This document shows, piece after piece, positions 1 through 10,378 of a stretch of 64,000 nt of DNA. The stretch is taken from NCBI GenBank assembly GCA_963785835.1, contig CAWAWO010000002.1, positions 624,867-688,866 of the forward strand, read 5' to 3'. A program made the position numbers and the translations under genes. The DNA is from an uncultured Actinomycetes bacterium (GTDB lineage Bacteria > Actinomycetota > UBA4738 > HRBIN12). Below the pieces are notes generated by a model, which did no database searches, had not been told where the DNA came from, and worked only from the letters and a program-made list of their open reading frames with translations. The stretch's first letter is position 1. Every line of letters starts with the position of its first letter.

Positions 1-1
1 G

Positions 2-235
2 CCGTTCTTCGGTGAGCTCGTCGCGTTCATCACCTCGGGACCCGTCGTGGTGGCGCGCCTGGAAGGTGAGGGCGCGATCGACGTCTGGCGGACCGCCATG
101 GGTCCGACGGACCCGGGGAGCGCGCCTCCCGGAACGATCCGGGGCGACTACGGCTTGATCATCACCGAGAACATCGTGCACGGCAGCGATTCGCAGGAAT
201 CGGCCGAGCGCGAGCTGAAGCTGTTCTTCGGATAG
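2..235 (+). CDS. ndk: nucleoside diphosphate kinase, C-terminal part (5' end lies outside the window)
   Basis: The frame is open from the window edge. Translation [38 protein letters not shown]...IRGDYG...NIVHGSDS matches the conserved Ndk C-terminus. Stop TAG at 233-235. Confidence 0.85.
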   Translation, partial: PFFGELVAFITSGPVVVARLEGEGAIDVWRTAMGPTDPGSAPPGTIRGDYGLIITENIVHGSDSQESAERELKLFFG

Positions 236-242
236 CCGCGCG

Positions 243-1473
243 CTACGCGGCGCGGAACGCCACGACGGCGTTGTGGCCGCCGAACCCGAACGAGTTCGAC
301 AGCGCCAGTCGCACGTCCGCCGATCGTGCCTCGTTGGGGACGTAGTCGAGATCGCACTCGGGATCGGCGGTCTCGTAGTGGATCGTCGGCGGTACGGTGC
401 CGTTCGTGATCGCGAGCGCACACACCGCGCCCTCGACGGCGCCGGCCGCGCCCAGCATGTGACCGGTCATCGACTTGGTGGATGACACCGCCACCTCGTG
501 GGCCACCTCGTCGCCGAGCGCAGCCTTGATCGCGGCGGTCTCGGCGGCGTCGTTCAGCGGGGTCGATGTGCCGTGCGCGTTCACGTACGAGACCGCCCCC
601 GGTTCCTCCCCGGCGTCCCGGAGCGCCCAGACCATCGCGAGCGTCGCTCCCGAGCCCTTCGGATCGGGGGCGGTGATGTGGAACGCGTCGTCGGACGCGC
701 CGTAGCCGGCGACCTCGCAGTAGACGCGCGCGCCGCGCGCCTCGGCGTGCCGCTCGGATTCGAGGATGAGCGTGCACGCACCCTCGGAGAGCACGAACCC
801 GTCACGGGCGGCATCGAACGGCCGGGAGGCGGTCGCCGGATCGGGGTTCTTGGTCAGGGCGGTCATCTGCGCGAACGCCGCGACCGTGAGCGGCAGGGTC
901 GCTGCCTCCGACCCGCCCGCGATGCACAGGTCGATGTAGCCGTCGCGGATATACCGGAGCGCCTCGCCGATCGCGTGGTTGGACGACGAGCACGCCGAGA
1001 CCGTGCACAGGTTCGGTCCCGTGAAGCCGTAGCGCATCGCGATGTGGCCGCTCGCCGCGTTGGCCATGAGCGCCGGCACCATGAACGGCGACACGCGGCC
1101 CGGGCCCTTCTCGAGCAGCACGCTGTGCTGGATGAGCAGCGTCTCGATGCCGCCGATCCCGGTGGCGAACACCACCCCGGCGCGTTCGGCCGGCACCTCG
1201 GGCTTGCCCGAGTCCTCCCACGCGAGCGCGGCCGACGCCATCGCGTAGTGGACGAAGCGGTCCGTCCGGCGGACCTCCTTGGCGTCGAGCCAGGGGCTCG
1301 GATCGAACTCGGGGATGTCGCCGGCGACCGACACGGGCAGGTCGCTCGTGTCGAACCTGCTGATCGTGTGGATGCCGTTGCGGCCGTTCGTCAGCCCCGT
1401 CCAGAACTCATCGACGCCGCGTGCCGACCGGCGTGACCGGCCCGATCCCGGTGACGACGACCCTCTCAGCCAT
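243..1473 (-). pseudogene. fabF: beta-ketoacyl-ACP synthase II, frameshifted as sequenced (one extra base near 1419)
   Basis: Minus-strand ATG 1471-1473 gives MAERVVVTGIGPVTPVGT and then hits TGA. The next frame continues GVDEFWTGLTNGRNGIHTISRFD into the 363-aa track ORF. KAS-II motifs are present (TVSACSSS, HGTSTPLND, GHMLGAAG, SNSFGFGGHN). The span is 1231 nt = 3n+1. Confidence 0.85.
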
Positions 1474-1479
1474 CGGGCG

Positions 1480-1728
1480 TCACGAGACCCCGAGTTTCTG
1501 GTGGACGAGGGCGACGGCCTGACCGACCGTCTTCACGCCCTCCATCTCCTCCTCGGGGATCTCGATGTTCCACTCCTCTTCCAGAGCGAGCACCGCCTCC
1601 ACCAGGTCGAGCGAGTCGGCGTTCAGGTCCTCGGCGAACCGAGCGTCGGGTACGACCTGTGCCTCGTCCACCGCGAGCTGCTCGGCGAGGACCTTGCGAA
1701 CGCGGCCCTCGATCTCTTCCTTGTCCAT
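1480..1728 (-). CDS. acpP: acyl carrier protein
   Basis: 82 aa with the phosphopantetheine attachment motif LNADSLDLVE. It lies between fabG and fabF. Confidence 0.95.
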   Translation of the reverse strand: MDKEEIEGRVRKVLAEQLAVDEAQVVPDARFAEDLNADSLDLVEAVLALEEEWNIEIPEEEMEGVKTVGQAVALVHQKLGVS

Positions 1729-1788
1729 CGATCCTCCTGTCGTTCCCTCGTTCGCCGGCCCATGCTATGGGCTCGGCGACCCCGCCGA

Positions 1789-2535
1789 CTAGGCGGTGAG
1801 ACCGCCGTCGACCGGCAGCGCAACTCCGTTCACGTACGACGCGTCCTCGGACATCACGAACCGCACGACGCTCGCTACCTCCTTGAGCGTCGCCGCCCGC
1901 CCGAGGGGCGTCTGGTCCACGTAGTAGGCCCGGGCCTGATCGGTGAGATGCGACGTCATCTCGGTTTCGAGGAAGCCGGGACACAGGGCGTTGACCGTGA
2001 TGCCGCGGGGGCCGACCTCGCGCGCCAGGGACCGGGTGAGACCGACGAGACCGGACTTCGTCGCCGCGTAGACCGTCTGCCCGGCGTTGCCGTGCAGCGC
2101 CACGGCGGACGACATGTTGACGATCCTGCCCCACCGTGCGCGGAGCATCCCGCGCAACGCGGCTTGGCAGCACAGGAAGGCCCCTCGAAGGTTCGTCGCC
2201 ATGGTGGCCTCGTAGACGTCCATCGGGTACTTGATCAGCAGCCCGTCGCGCGACATCCCCGCGTTGTTGACCAAACCGGTGACCGCGCCCAGCTCGTCGG
2301 TGACTCGTCGGAAGGCTTCGGCGACCGAGCCCTCGTCGGTGACGTCCAGCTCGACGGCGAGAGCGCGCGCGCCGCCGGCCTCCAGGGCTTCGCGCGCCTC
2401 TTTCGCCGCGGCCTCGCTGGTGCGATAGCCGAGGGCGACGGCCCATCCATCGCCGGCGAGCGCTTCGGCGCATGCCCGCCCGATGCCTCGCGAGCTGCCG
2501 GTGATCACGACGACCTTGCCGACGGCGTCCGTCAC
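1789..2535 (-). CDS. fabG: 3-oxoacyl-ACP reductase (SDR family)
   Basis: GTG start at 2533-2535 (VTDAVGKVVVITGSSRGIG) with the YAATK catalytic motif. The start overlaps the fabH stop (GTGA). The 468-aa track ORF is an artefactual upstream extension. Confidence 0.9.
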   Translation of the reverse strand: MTDAVGKVVVITGSSRGIGRACAEALAGDGWAVALGYRTSEAAAKEAREALEAGGARALAVELDVTDEGSVAEAFRRVTDELGAVTGLVNNAGMSRDGLLIKYPMDVYEATMATNLRGAFLCCQAALRGMLRARWGRIVNMSSAVALHGNAGQTVYAATKSGLVGLTRSLAREVGPRGITVNALCPGFLETEMTSHLTDQARAYYVDQTPLGRAATLKEVASVVRFVMSEDASYVNGVALPVDGGLTA

Positions 2536-3536
2536 GGCGCGGTCGCCCCCGTCCACCGGACGAGGTTCGCCCCCCACGCGAGCCCGGCGCCGAACGACGC
2601 CAGGAGCACCAGATCGCCCGGCTGGATCCGACCTGCGCGCCACGCCCGATCGAGCGCGATCGGGATCGACGCGGCGGAGGTGTTCCCGACCGACTCGACG
2701 TCGATGACCGCACGGTCCATCTCGATGCCGAGGCGCTCGGCGACCGCGATCATGATCCGCGAGTTGGCCTGGTGGGGGATGAGCAGGCTCACGTCGTCCG
2801 CCGTGTAGCCGGACTTGTCCAGGAGCTGGCGACACGCGCTGGCCATCTCCACGACCGCGCGCTTGAACACGTCGCGCCCGTTGGGCATGTGGATCGTGTG
2901 CTCGCCCGCGTCGAGCGACTCGTGGCTCGGCGGGATCGCCGAACCGCCACCGGGGATGATGAGGATCTCGGCGGCGCGGCCGTCCGCGCCGAGCACCGAT
3001 CCGATCACGCCCGGTTCCTCGGACCGTCGCAGGACGGCGGCTCCCGCCCCGTCTCCGAACAGCACGCACGTGGTGCGGTCGTGGAAGTTCATCACCCGCG
3101 ACAGGATCTCGGCGCCCATCACCACGACGGTCTCCGCCTGGCCGGACTCGATGAACGCCGTTGCCGTCGACACCGCGTAGGAGAACCCGGCGCACGCGGC
3201 GTTCACGTCGAACGCCGGTGCCGCGATCCCGAGCTTGCGCTGCACCCAGACGGCGGTCGCAGGGATCGGCGTGTCGCCGGTCAGCGTCGCGCAGACGAGC
3301 AGGTCGACCTGCTCGGGCGCGACGGCCGCCTCGTCCATGGCGCGGCGGGCCGCCTCGGTGGCCAGATCCGACGTGGTCTGGTCATCGACGGCGAACCGTC
3401 GTTCTGCGATGCCCGTCCGATCGCGGATCCACTCGTCGCTCGTGTCGATGAACGACTCGAACCAGTCGTTGGGGACCACGCGCTCGGGCAGGACCGAGCC
3501 CACGCCGGCGACCGTGGCGTGTCGCTGCGTGGTCAT
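2532..3536 (-). CDS. fabH: 3-oxoacyl-ACP synthase III
   Basis: 334 aa with KAS-III motifs (NAACAGF catalytic Cys, IPHQAN, GNTSAASIP). Confidence 0.92.
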   Translation of the reverse strand: MTTQRHATVAGVGSVLPERVVPNDWFESFIDTSDEWIRDRTGIAERRFAVDDQTTSDLATEAARRAMDEAAVAPEQVDLLVCATLTGDTPIPATAVWVQRKLGIAAPAFDVNAACAGFSYAVSTATAFIESGQAETVVVMGAEILSRVMNFHDRTTCVLFGDGAGAAVLRRSEEPGVIGSVLGADGRAAEILIIPGGGSAIPPSHESLDAGEHTIHMPNGRDVFKRAVVEMASACRQLLDKSGYTADDVSLLIPHQANSRIMIAVAERLGIEMDRAVIDVESVGNTSAASIPIALDRAWRAGRIQPGDLVLLASFGAGLAWGANLVRWTGATAP

Positions 3537-3651
3537 GGGATCCCCCTCCCGCCGGCTGCGGCGGCCGGCGTCACGGTGTCCGAGGATATCGTCCGTGAGC
3601 GGGGCGCTGCTCCGGCGCGTCGTTGCTCACCTCGAGCGCGGGTCGCACTGC

Positions 3652-4569
3652 TCACGAGGAGGCACCGGCGAAGGCGACCGCCGCGTCGGGGTCGCCGACC
3701 GCGACGGCTCGAGCGCCGGGAACGACGCGCTTCGCGAGCTTCGTGAGCACCTCGCCGGGCCCGGCCTCGACGAACGTGTCCGAGCCTGCGGCCGCGAGGG
3801 CCTGCGCGCACGCCTCCCATCGCACCGGAGAGGTCACATGCCGCTTGCACAGCTCGCGGAGCTCGTTCGGATCGTCGACCAGCGCCCCCGTGACGTTCGA
3901 CGCGACGGGGAACCGAGGCGGCGAGAACGTCGCCTCGTCGATCGCCGCCGCCAGGGCCTCGACCGCGGGCTCCATCAACGGGGAGTGGAACGCCCCGGCC
4001 ACGTTCAGGCGGATCGCCCGCACCCGACGCTCGGCGGCGAGCGCCTCGGCGCGTTCGATCGCGTCGAGGCTCCCGCTGATCACGACCTGCTGTGGGGAGT
4101 TCTCGTTCGCGACCAGGAGCACGTCGTCCCCCCTCGCCTCGTCGCACAACGCGGTGGCCTCGGCGGTCCCGACCCCCACCAGCGCGCACATCGTGCCCGG
4201 CCGCAGCTCGCCGGCTCGCTGCATCTCGCGGCCCCGAACGGCGACGATCCGCAGGGCCTCCTCGAGATCGAGCACGCCGGCCGCGACCAGCGCGGCGAAC
4301 TCGCCGAGCGAGTGCCCCGCGGCTCCGGAGAACGTGACCCCGGTGGCCTCCAACACCCGGAACGCGGCCACGTCGCACGCGAGGATCGCCGGCTGGACGA
4401 ACTCGGTGGTGCCGAGTGCGCTCTCGTCGCGGCATCCCTGGACGACGTCGCGTCCGATCGCGGTCGTTGCGTAGGCGAGCACCGCTCGGGCGGCGTCGTG
4501 GTCGGCCCAGGCGTCCGCCATGCCGACGAACTGTGAACCTTGACCTGGGAACACGACCGCGGCGTTCAT
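3652..4569 (-). CDS. fabD: malonyl-CoA:ACP transacylase
   Basis: 305 aa with the FPGQGSQ and GHSLGE active-site motifs. It is the first gene of the fab cluster. Confidence 0.92.
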   Translation of the reverse strand: MNAAVVFPGQGSQFVGMADAWADHDAARAVLAYATTAIGRDVVQGCRDESALGTTEFVQPAILACDVAAFRVLEATGVTFSGAAGHSLGEFAALVAAGVLDLEEALRIVAVRGREMQRAGELRPGTMCALVGVGTAEATALCDEARGDDVLLVANENSPQQVVISGSLDAIERAEALAAERRVRAIRLNVAGAFHSPLMEPAVEALAAAIDEATFSPPRFPVASNVTGALVDDPNELRELCKRHVTSPVRWEACAQALAAAGSDTFVEAGPGEVLTKLAKRVVPGARAVAVGDPDAAVAFAGASS

Positions 4570-4727
4570 CGACCTCCACCCTCGATCCCCGCGGGACGAA
4601 CCCTACTTCGCCGGTCGAGGTCGAACGAAACCGCAGGTCACAGGCAACGTGAACCCTCAGGTCGCCTCGACGTCCGGTCGAGAGTTGCCAGCCTCGAACG
4701 AGGTCGAGTAGAACAAGCAGCGAACCT

Positions 4728-5816
<1,089 letters not shown>

Positions 5817-5822
5817 ACCGCG

Positions 5823-6680
5823 GTGGCCCTGCGGAGCCGTGCGCGGAGCACCCGCTTGCTGGTCGTGACCCTCGTCTCGATCTCGCTCGTCACGATCACG
5901 ATCGACTACCGGCAGGGGGACGAGGGGCCCCTGGCGGCGGCGAGCGAGGCGGCGCTGGTCGTCCTGACGCCGCTCCAGGAAGCGGTGTCGAAGGTCACCC
6001 GCCCCATCGGCAACTTCTTCTCAACGCTGGTCCGCCTCCCCTCGATCCGCCGCGAGCGTGACATCCTGGCCGAACGCGTGAAGCTGCTCGAGACCGAGCT
6101 GTCGACGACGCAGGCGGACCAGGATCGGCTCGCCGAGCTCGAGTCGCTCTTCCAGCTGCAGACCGGCCTCGGGCCGAAGGTGGAGACCGCCGCCGCGCAG
6201 GTGATCGCCACCAGCGTCTCGAACTTCGAATGGACGATCACGATCGACCAAGGCTCGGACACGGGCATCAGCGAGGACATGCCGGTGATCGCCAGCGGAG
6301 GACTCGTGGGTCACGTGGTCGAAGTCGCCCCCGGTTCGTCGCGCGTGCAGCTGATCATCGATCCCGACTCGTTCGTCGCGGGTCGTCTGGACGTGTCGGA
6401 CACGGCGGGATTGCTCGCCGGCCAGGGGCCCGACGACCTGAGGATGAGCCAGCTCCCGCCGGATGCGGAGATCCTGCCCGACGAGCGCGTCGTCACCGCC
6501 GGGTACCGGATCGCGGGCGTCGCGCAGAGCCTCTATCCCCCGAACGTCCTGATCGGCACGGTCTCCAGGGTCCTGGACGAGGATTCGGCGACGGAGAAGT
6601 TCGTCACGGTCCGGCCCGCGGTCGACTTCTCGTCGCTGTCGCTCGTCCTGGTGGTGCTGTCTCGTGACGGCACGGGCTAG
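5823..6680 (+). CDS. mreC: rod-shape-determining protein MreC
   Basis: 285 aa. GTG start 7 nt after the mreB stop, N-terminal TM segment, coiled-coil stretch, and position between mreB and mreD. Confidence 0.85.
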   Translation: MALRSRARSTRLLVVTLVSISLVTITIDYRQGDEGPLAAASEAALVVLTPLQEAVSKVTRPIGNFFSTLVRLPSIRRERDILAERVKLLETELSTTQADQDRLAELESLFQLQTGLGPKVETAAAQVIATSVSNFEWTITIDQGSDTGISEDMPVIASGGLVGHVVEVAPGSSRVQLIIDPDSFVAGRLDVSDTAGLLAGQGPDDLRMSQLPPDAEILPDERVVTAGYRIAGVAQSLYPPNVLIGTVSRVLDEDSATEKFVTVRPAVDFSSLSLVLVVLSRDGTG

Positions 6681-6691
6681 GGGCGACGTCC

Positions 6692-7198
6692 GTGCGCCGG
6701 GTGCTCCTCCTCGCCGCGGTGATCCTCTCCGCGCTCCTGCTGCAGACGACGATCTTCGCCGAGATCAACCTGCTCGGAGCCAAGCCCGAGCTGATGTACC
6801 TGATCACGATCGCGTTCGGCATGCTGGAGGGCCCGGCGTCGGGCGCGATCACCGGGTTCGTGGGCGGCATGGCGCAGGACTTCCTGCTGAACGCGCCAAA
6901 GGGGATCACGGCGCTCACGCTGACGGTGCTCGGCTACGCGATCGGGATGGCGCGCCAGTTCATCGTCACCCCCTCCCCGGTGCTCCCAGTGGTGCTGGTC
7001 GCCCTCGGGACATTCGGCGGCGTCATGTTCCACGGGATCGTGTCGTTCCTGCTCGGACAGCTCGACACGACCTGGCTCTACCTGTTCCGTGTCGCTACGC
7101 TCTCGGCCGTCTACAACGCGATCCTGACGCCGCTCCTGTTCCCGGTGCTGCGACGCGCGGCGGAAGGGTCCCGTTCCCGCAGGGTGGTCCGGTGGTGA
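6692..7198 (+). CDS. mreD: rod-shape-determining protein MreD
   Basis: 168 aa, polytopic and hydrophobic. It sits directly after mreC and before the PBP2 gene. Confidence 0.75.
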   Translation: MRRVLLLAAVILSALLLQTTIFAEINLLGAKPELMYLITIAFGMLEGPASGAITGFVGGMAQDFLLNAPKGITALTLTVLGYAIGMARQFIVTPSPVLPVVLVALGTFGGVMFHGIVSFLLGQLDTTWLYLFRVATLSAVYNAILTPLLFPVLRRAAEGSRSRRVVRW

Positions 7199-7205
7199 GG
7201 CCGTC

Positions 7206-9164
7206 GTGACCGAACCGACGATCGGCTTCCGGGTCAAGGTGCTCGCCGCACTCGTCCTTGCGATGTTCGCGGCGCTCACCGCCCGGTTGTGGTTCCTCCA
7301 GGTGCTCGCCGCCGAGCAGTACCAGCGGGACGCGGCCAACAACGCGGTCCGGCTGATCGACGTGCCGGCGCCCCGGGGCGTCATCAAGGACGCGACGGGC
7401 AAGGGGCTCGTGGAGAATCGCGACAGCCTCGTCCTCACGATCAACCGTGAGCAGCTCGGCTCCGAGACCGAACGGGTCCTGCTCGAGCTCTCGGAGCTCC
7501 TGGACATCCCCGCCGACGAGCTCGGAGAGCGGCTCGATGACCCGAACTACTACGTCTTCAGCCCGATCCCGGTCGCGATCGACGTCCCGCAACGGGTCAC
7601 GTGGTACGTGAAGGAACACCAGGACGATTTCCCCGGTGTGGACGTGTTGCAGGTGCCGATCCGCTCGTACCCGTTCGGGTCGCTCGCCGCCCACGGACTC
7701 GGCTATCTGGGACAGATCAACGAGGAGCAGCTCGCGGACCCGGGGTTCGCCGACTACGAGGCAGGCGATCTGATCGGGGTCTCGGGCGTCGAGAGCGTGT
7801 ACGAGCGCGACCTGTCTGGGACGAAGGGGCTCGTGAAGTACCGGGTCAACTCGCTCGGGCGGAACCTCGGGCAGATCGGGACCCGGCGCCCCCTGCCGGG
7901 CAACGACGTGTGGCTCACGATCGACGCGGACATCCAGGAGCTCGCCGCCGAGTCCTTGGAGGCCGGCATCGAGCACGCCCGGACGGTCTTCGACTCCTTC
8001 AGCGGGAAGACTTTGACCGCGAACGCCGGAGCCGTGGTCGTGCTCGACCCGGAGGACGGCGCGATCGAGGCGATGGCGTCCTTCCCGTCGTTCAACCCCA
8101 TCCTGTTCACCGAGCCGATCCCGAAGCGCGAGTACCAACGTCGTTTCGGTCCCGCGCGCGGCTCGCCGCTGCTGAACCGCGCGATGGCCGGTCAGTACCC
8201 GCCGGGTTCGACGTACAAGCCGTTCGTGGCGGCGTCCGGGCTGCACCGGGAGATCGTGACGACCGATCGCTACTACCCGTGCCCGGGGAGCTGGATCGCG
8301 CCCTACGACGAGAGCGACCCCGACGCCGTCCAGTACCTGTTCAACAACTGGACGTCGGCCGACCTCGGGTCGATGAACATGGCGGAGGCGCTTGCCGCGT
8401 CGTGCGACACCGTGTTCTACCCGATGGGGTACCAGTACTGGGACGCGTTCTATGTGAACGACGACGAGAGGGCTAACGGGGTCGTTTCACGCGAGCCGCT
8501 GCAGCGCGACCTCGAGTCGTTCGGGTTCGGACGCGACACGCGGGTCGACCTGCCGTTCGAGAACGACGGCCGCGTCCCCGACGCCGAGTGGAAGCAGACG
8601 ATCCACGAGGAGTTCCCGAACTCGTTCCCGGAGGGCGATTGGTTCCCCGGCGACTTCATCCTCATGACGATCGGCCAGGGGGACACGCTCGTCACCCCTC
8701 TGCAGCTGGCGACCGCCTACGGCTCGCTCCAGAACGGCGGGAAGCTGTGCGTGCCGCACGTCCTGAAGCGGATCGTCACGCCCGAGAACGAGGTTCTCCG
8801 CTCGTACAACGCGAACTGCCGCCGCGAGGTGCTGATGGGGAAACGCACGATCGAGTACGTGCGGAACGCCCTCACCGGCACGGTCCAGGGGGGTGGCACG
8901 GCCGGTGGGGCCTTCACAGGTTTCCCGTTCGATCAGGTCTGGGTCGCGGGGAAGACCGGGACCGCCGAAGTGCCACCCAAGCAGGACTACTCGTGGTTCG
9001 CGGCGATGACGGCCGCCGGGGGCGAGGAGCACGTCATCGTCGTGCTCGTCGAGCAAGGGGGCCACGGCTCCACGACGGCAGCGCCGATCGCCCGCCGCAT
9101 CATCGAGGGGCTCTACGGGCTCGAGTTCTCGGGATTCTTCGACGTCGCAGGGACGGACTACTGA
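7206..9164 (+). CDS. mrdA: penicillin-binding protein 2 (elongasome transpeptidase)
   Basis: 652 aa with an N-terminal TM helix and transpeptidase motifs GSTYKPF (SxxK) and GKTGTAE (KTG). It lies next to rodA. Confidence 0.9.
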   Translation: MTEPTIGFRVKVLAALVLAMFAALTARLWFLQVLAAEQYQRDAANNAVRLIDVPAPRGVIKDATGKGLVENRDSLVLTINREQLGSETERVLLELSELLDIPADELGERLDDPNYYVFSPIPVAIDVPQRVTWYVKEHQDDFPGVDVLQVPIRSYPFGSLAAHGLGYLGQINEEQLADPGFADYEAGDLIGVSGVESVYERDLSGTKGLVKYRVNSLGRNLGQIGTRRPLPGNDVWLTIDADIQELAAESLEAGIEHARTVFDSFSGKTLTANAGAVVVLDPEDGAIEAMASFPSFNPILFTEPIPKREYQRRFGPARGSPLLNRAMAGQYPPGSTYKPFVAASGLHREIVTTDRYYPCPGSWIAPYDESDPDAVQYLFNNWTSADLGSMNMAEALAASCDTVFYPMGYQYWDAFYVNDDERANGVVSREPLQRDLESFGFGRDTRVDLPFENDGRVPDAEWKQTIHEEFPNSFPEGDWFPGDFILMTIGQGDTLVTPLQLATAYGSLQNGGKLCVPHVLKRIVTPENEVLRSYNANCRREVLMGKRTIEYVRNALTGTVQGGGTAGGAFTGFPFDQVWVAGKTGTAEVPPKQDYSWFAAMTAAGGEEHVIVVLVEQGGHGSTTAAPIARRIIEGLYGLEFSGFFDVAGTDY

Positions 9165-9204
9165 TGGATCGTCCGACGACACGTGCAAGGGAGGGAACGG
9201 GCTG

Positions 9205-10344
9205 ATGGACCTCGCAGCCGTGCGTCCCACCGTCACGAGCGACCGGTGGGCGATCCGCCACATCGACCCCGTGCTCGTGGGCGCCGCGATCGCGCTCGCC
9301 GCGATCGGGCTGTTCGCGATCTACTCCGCCACCCATCAGTCCCTCGAGGCGGTGAACCTCGACCCGGGACGGTTCGTCAAGCGGCAGGTGACGTTCCTCG
9401 GCGTCGGTCTCATCGTGCTGCTCCTGGTCGCGAGCTTCGACTACCGGATGCTCAAGGTCTACGCCGGCATGATCTACGTCTCCTCCCTCGTGCTGCTGTT
9501 GCTGGTGCGCACGCCGCTCGGCACGAGCGTCAAGGGCGCGCAACGGTGGTTCGAGCTCTTCGGCTTCCAGCTCGCGCCGTCCGAGCTCTCGAAGATCGCC
9601 TTGATCGCGATGCTCGCGGCGTTCCTGTCCGAGATCCGAGGGGATCTGACGCTCCGTGACGTGTTCCGGGCCAGCGGTCTGGCCGCGATCCCCGCGTTCC
9701 TCGTGTTCCTGCAGCCCGACCTCGGGACGTCGATCGTGTTCGTGGCGATCCTCGTCGGCATGCTCGTCGTGGCCGGCGCGCGGGCGCGCTACCTCGGCAT
9801 CCTCGCGCTGACCGCGGCCATCCTCATCGTGTCGGGCTTCCAGGTGGGGTTGGTGCGCGAGTACCAGATCGAACGGCTCCGCGCGTTCCTGGACCCCGGC
9901 AGCGTCGACGCGGCCGCGTTGCACAACCGCGAGCAGGCGGAGATCGCGATCGGCTCGGGCGGGCTCACGGGCGTCGGCTATCTCGAGGGGACGCAGACGA
10001 ACCTGGACTTCGTGCCCGAACAGCACACGGACTTCGTGTTCACCGTGGTGGGCGAGGAGTTCGGCTTCGTCGGGGCGATCGCGCTGCTGGCGCTCTATTC
10101 GCTGGTGCTCTGGCGAGGGTTCCGGATCGCGCTGCTGTCGAGGGATCCGTTCGGCACGTACCTCGCGGCGGGGATCGTCTCGATGCTCGCGTTGCAGATC
10201 TTCGTGAACGTCGGGATGAACGTCGGCATCATGCCGATCACCGGGATCCCGCTGCCGTTCCTGTCCTACGGCGGCAGCTCGCTCCTGCTGAACTGCGCCG
10301 CGATCGGTCTGCTGCTGAACGTGCACATGCGTCGGTTCACGTAG
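9205..10344 (+). CDS. rodA: SEDS-family peptidoglycan polymerase RodA
   Basis: 379 aa, polytopic, with the conserved FtsW/RodA C-terminal block GIPLPFLSYGGSS. It follows mrdA. Confidence 0.9.
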   Translation: MDLAAVRPTVTSDRWAIRHIDPVLVGAAIALAAIGLFAIYSATHQSLEAVNLDPGRFVKRQVTFLGVGLIVLLLVASFDYRMLKVYAGMIYVSSLVLLLLVRTPLGTSVKGAQRWFELFGFQLAPSELSKIALIAMLAAFLSEIRGDLTLRDVFRASGLAAIPAFLVFLQPDLGTSIVFVAILVGMLVVAGARARYLGILALTAAILIVSGFQVGLVREYQIERLRAFLDPGSVDAAALHNREQAEIAIGSGGLTGVGYLEGTQTNLDFVPEQHTDFVFTVVGEEFGFVGAIALLALYSLVLWRGFRIALLSRDPFGTYLAAGIVSMLALQIFVNVGMNVGIMPITGIPLPFLSYGGSSLLLNCAAIGLLLNVHMRRFT

Positions 10345-10353
10345 ACGGCGTGC

Positions 10354-10378
10354 GGGCGACGCTTCGGCTCAGTCGCCC
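10354..10378. terminator. candidate bidirectional hairpin between convergent rodA and the REC-kinase gene
   Basis: GGGCGAC (10354-10360) pairs with GTCGCCC (10372-10378) around an 11-nt loop. There is no U-tract. It overlaps the kinase stop codon. Confidence 0.3.
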
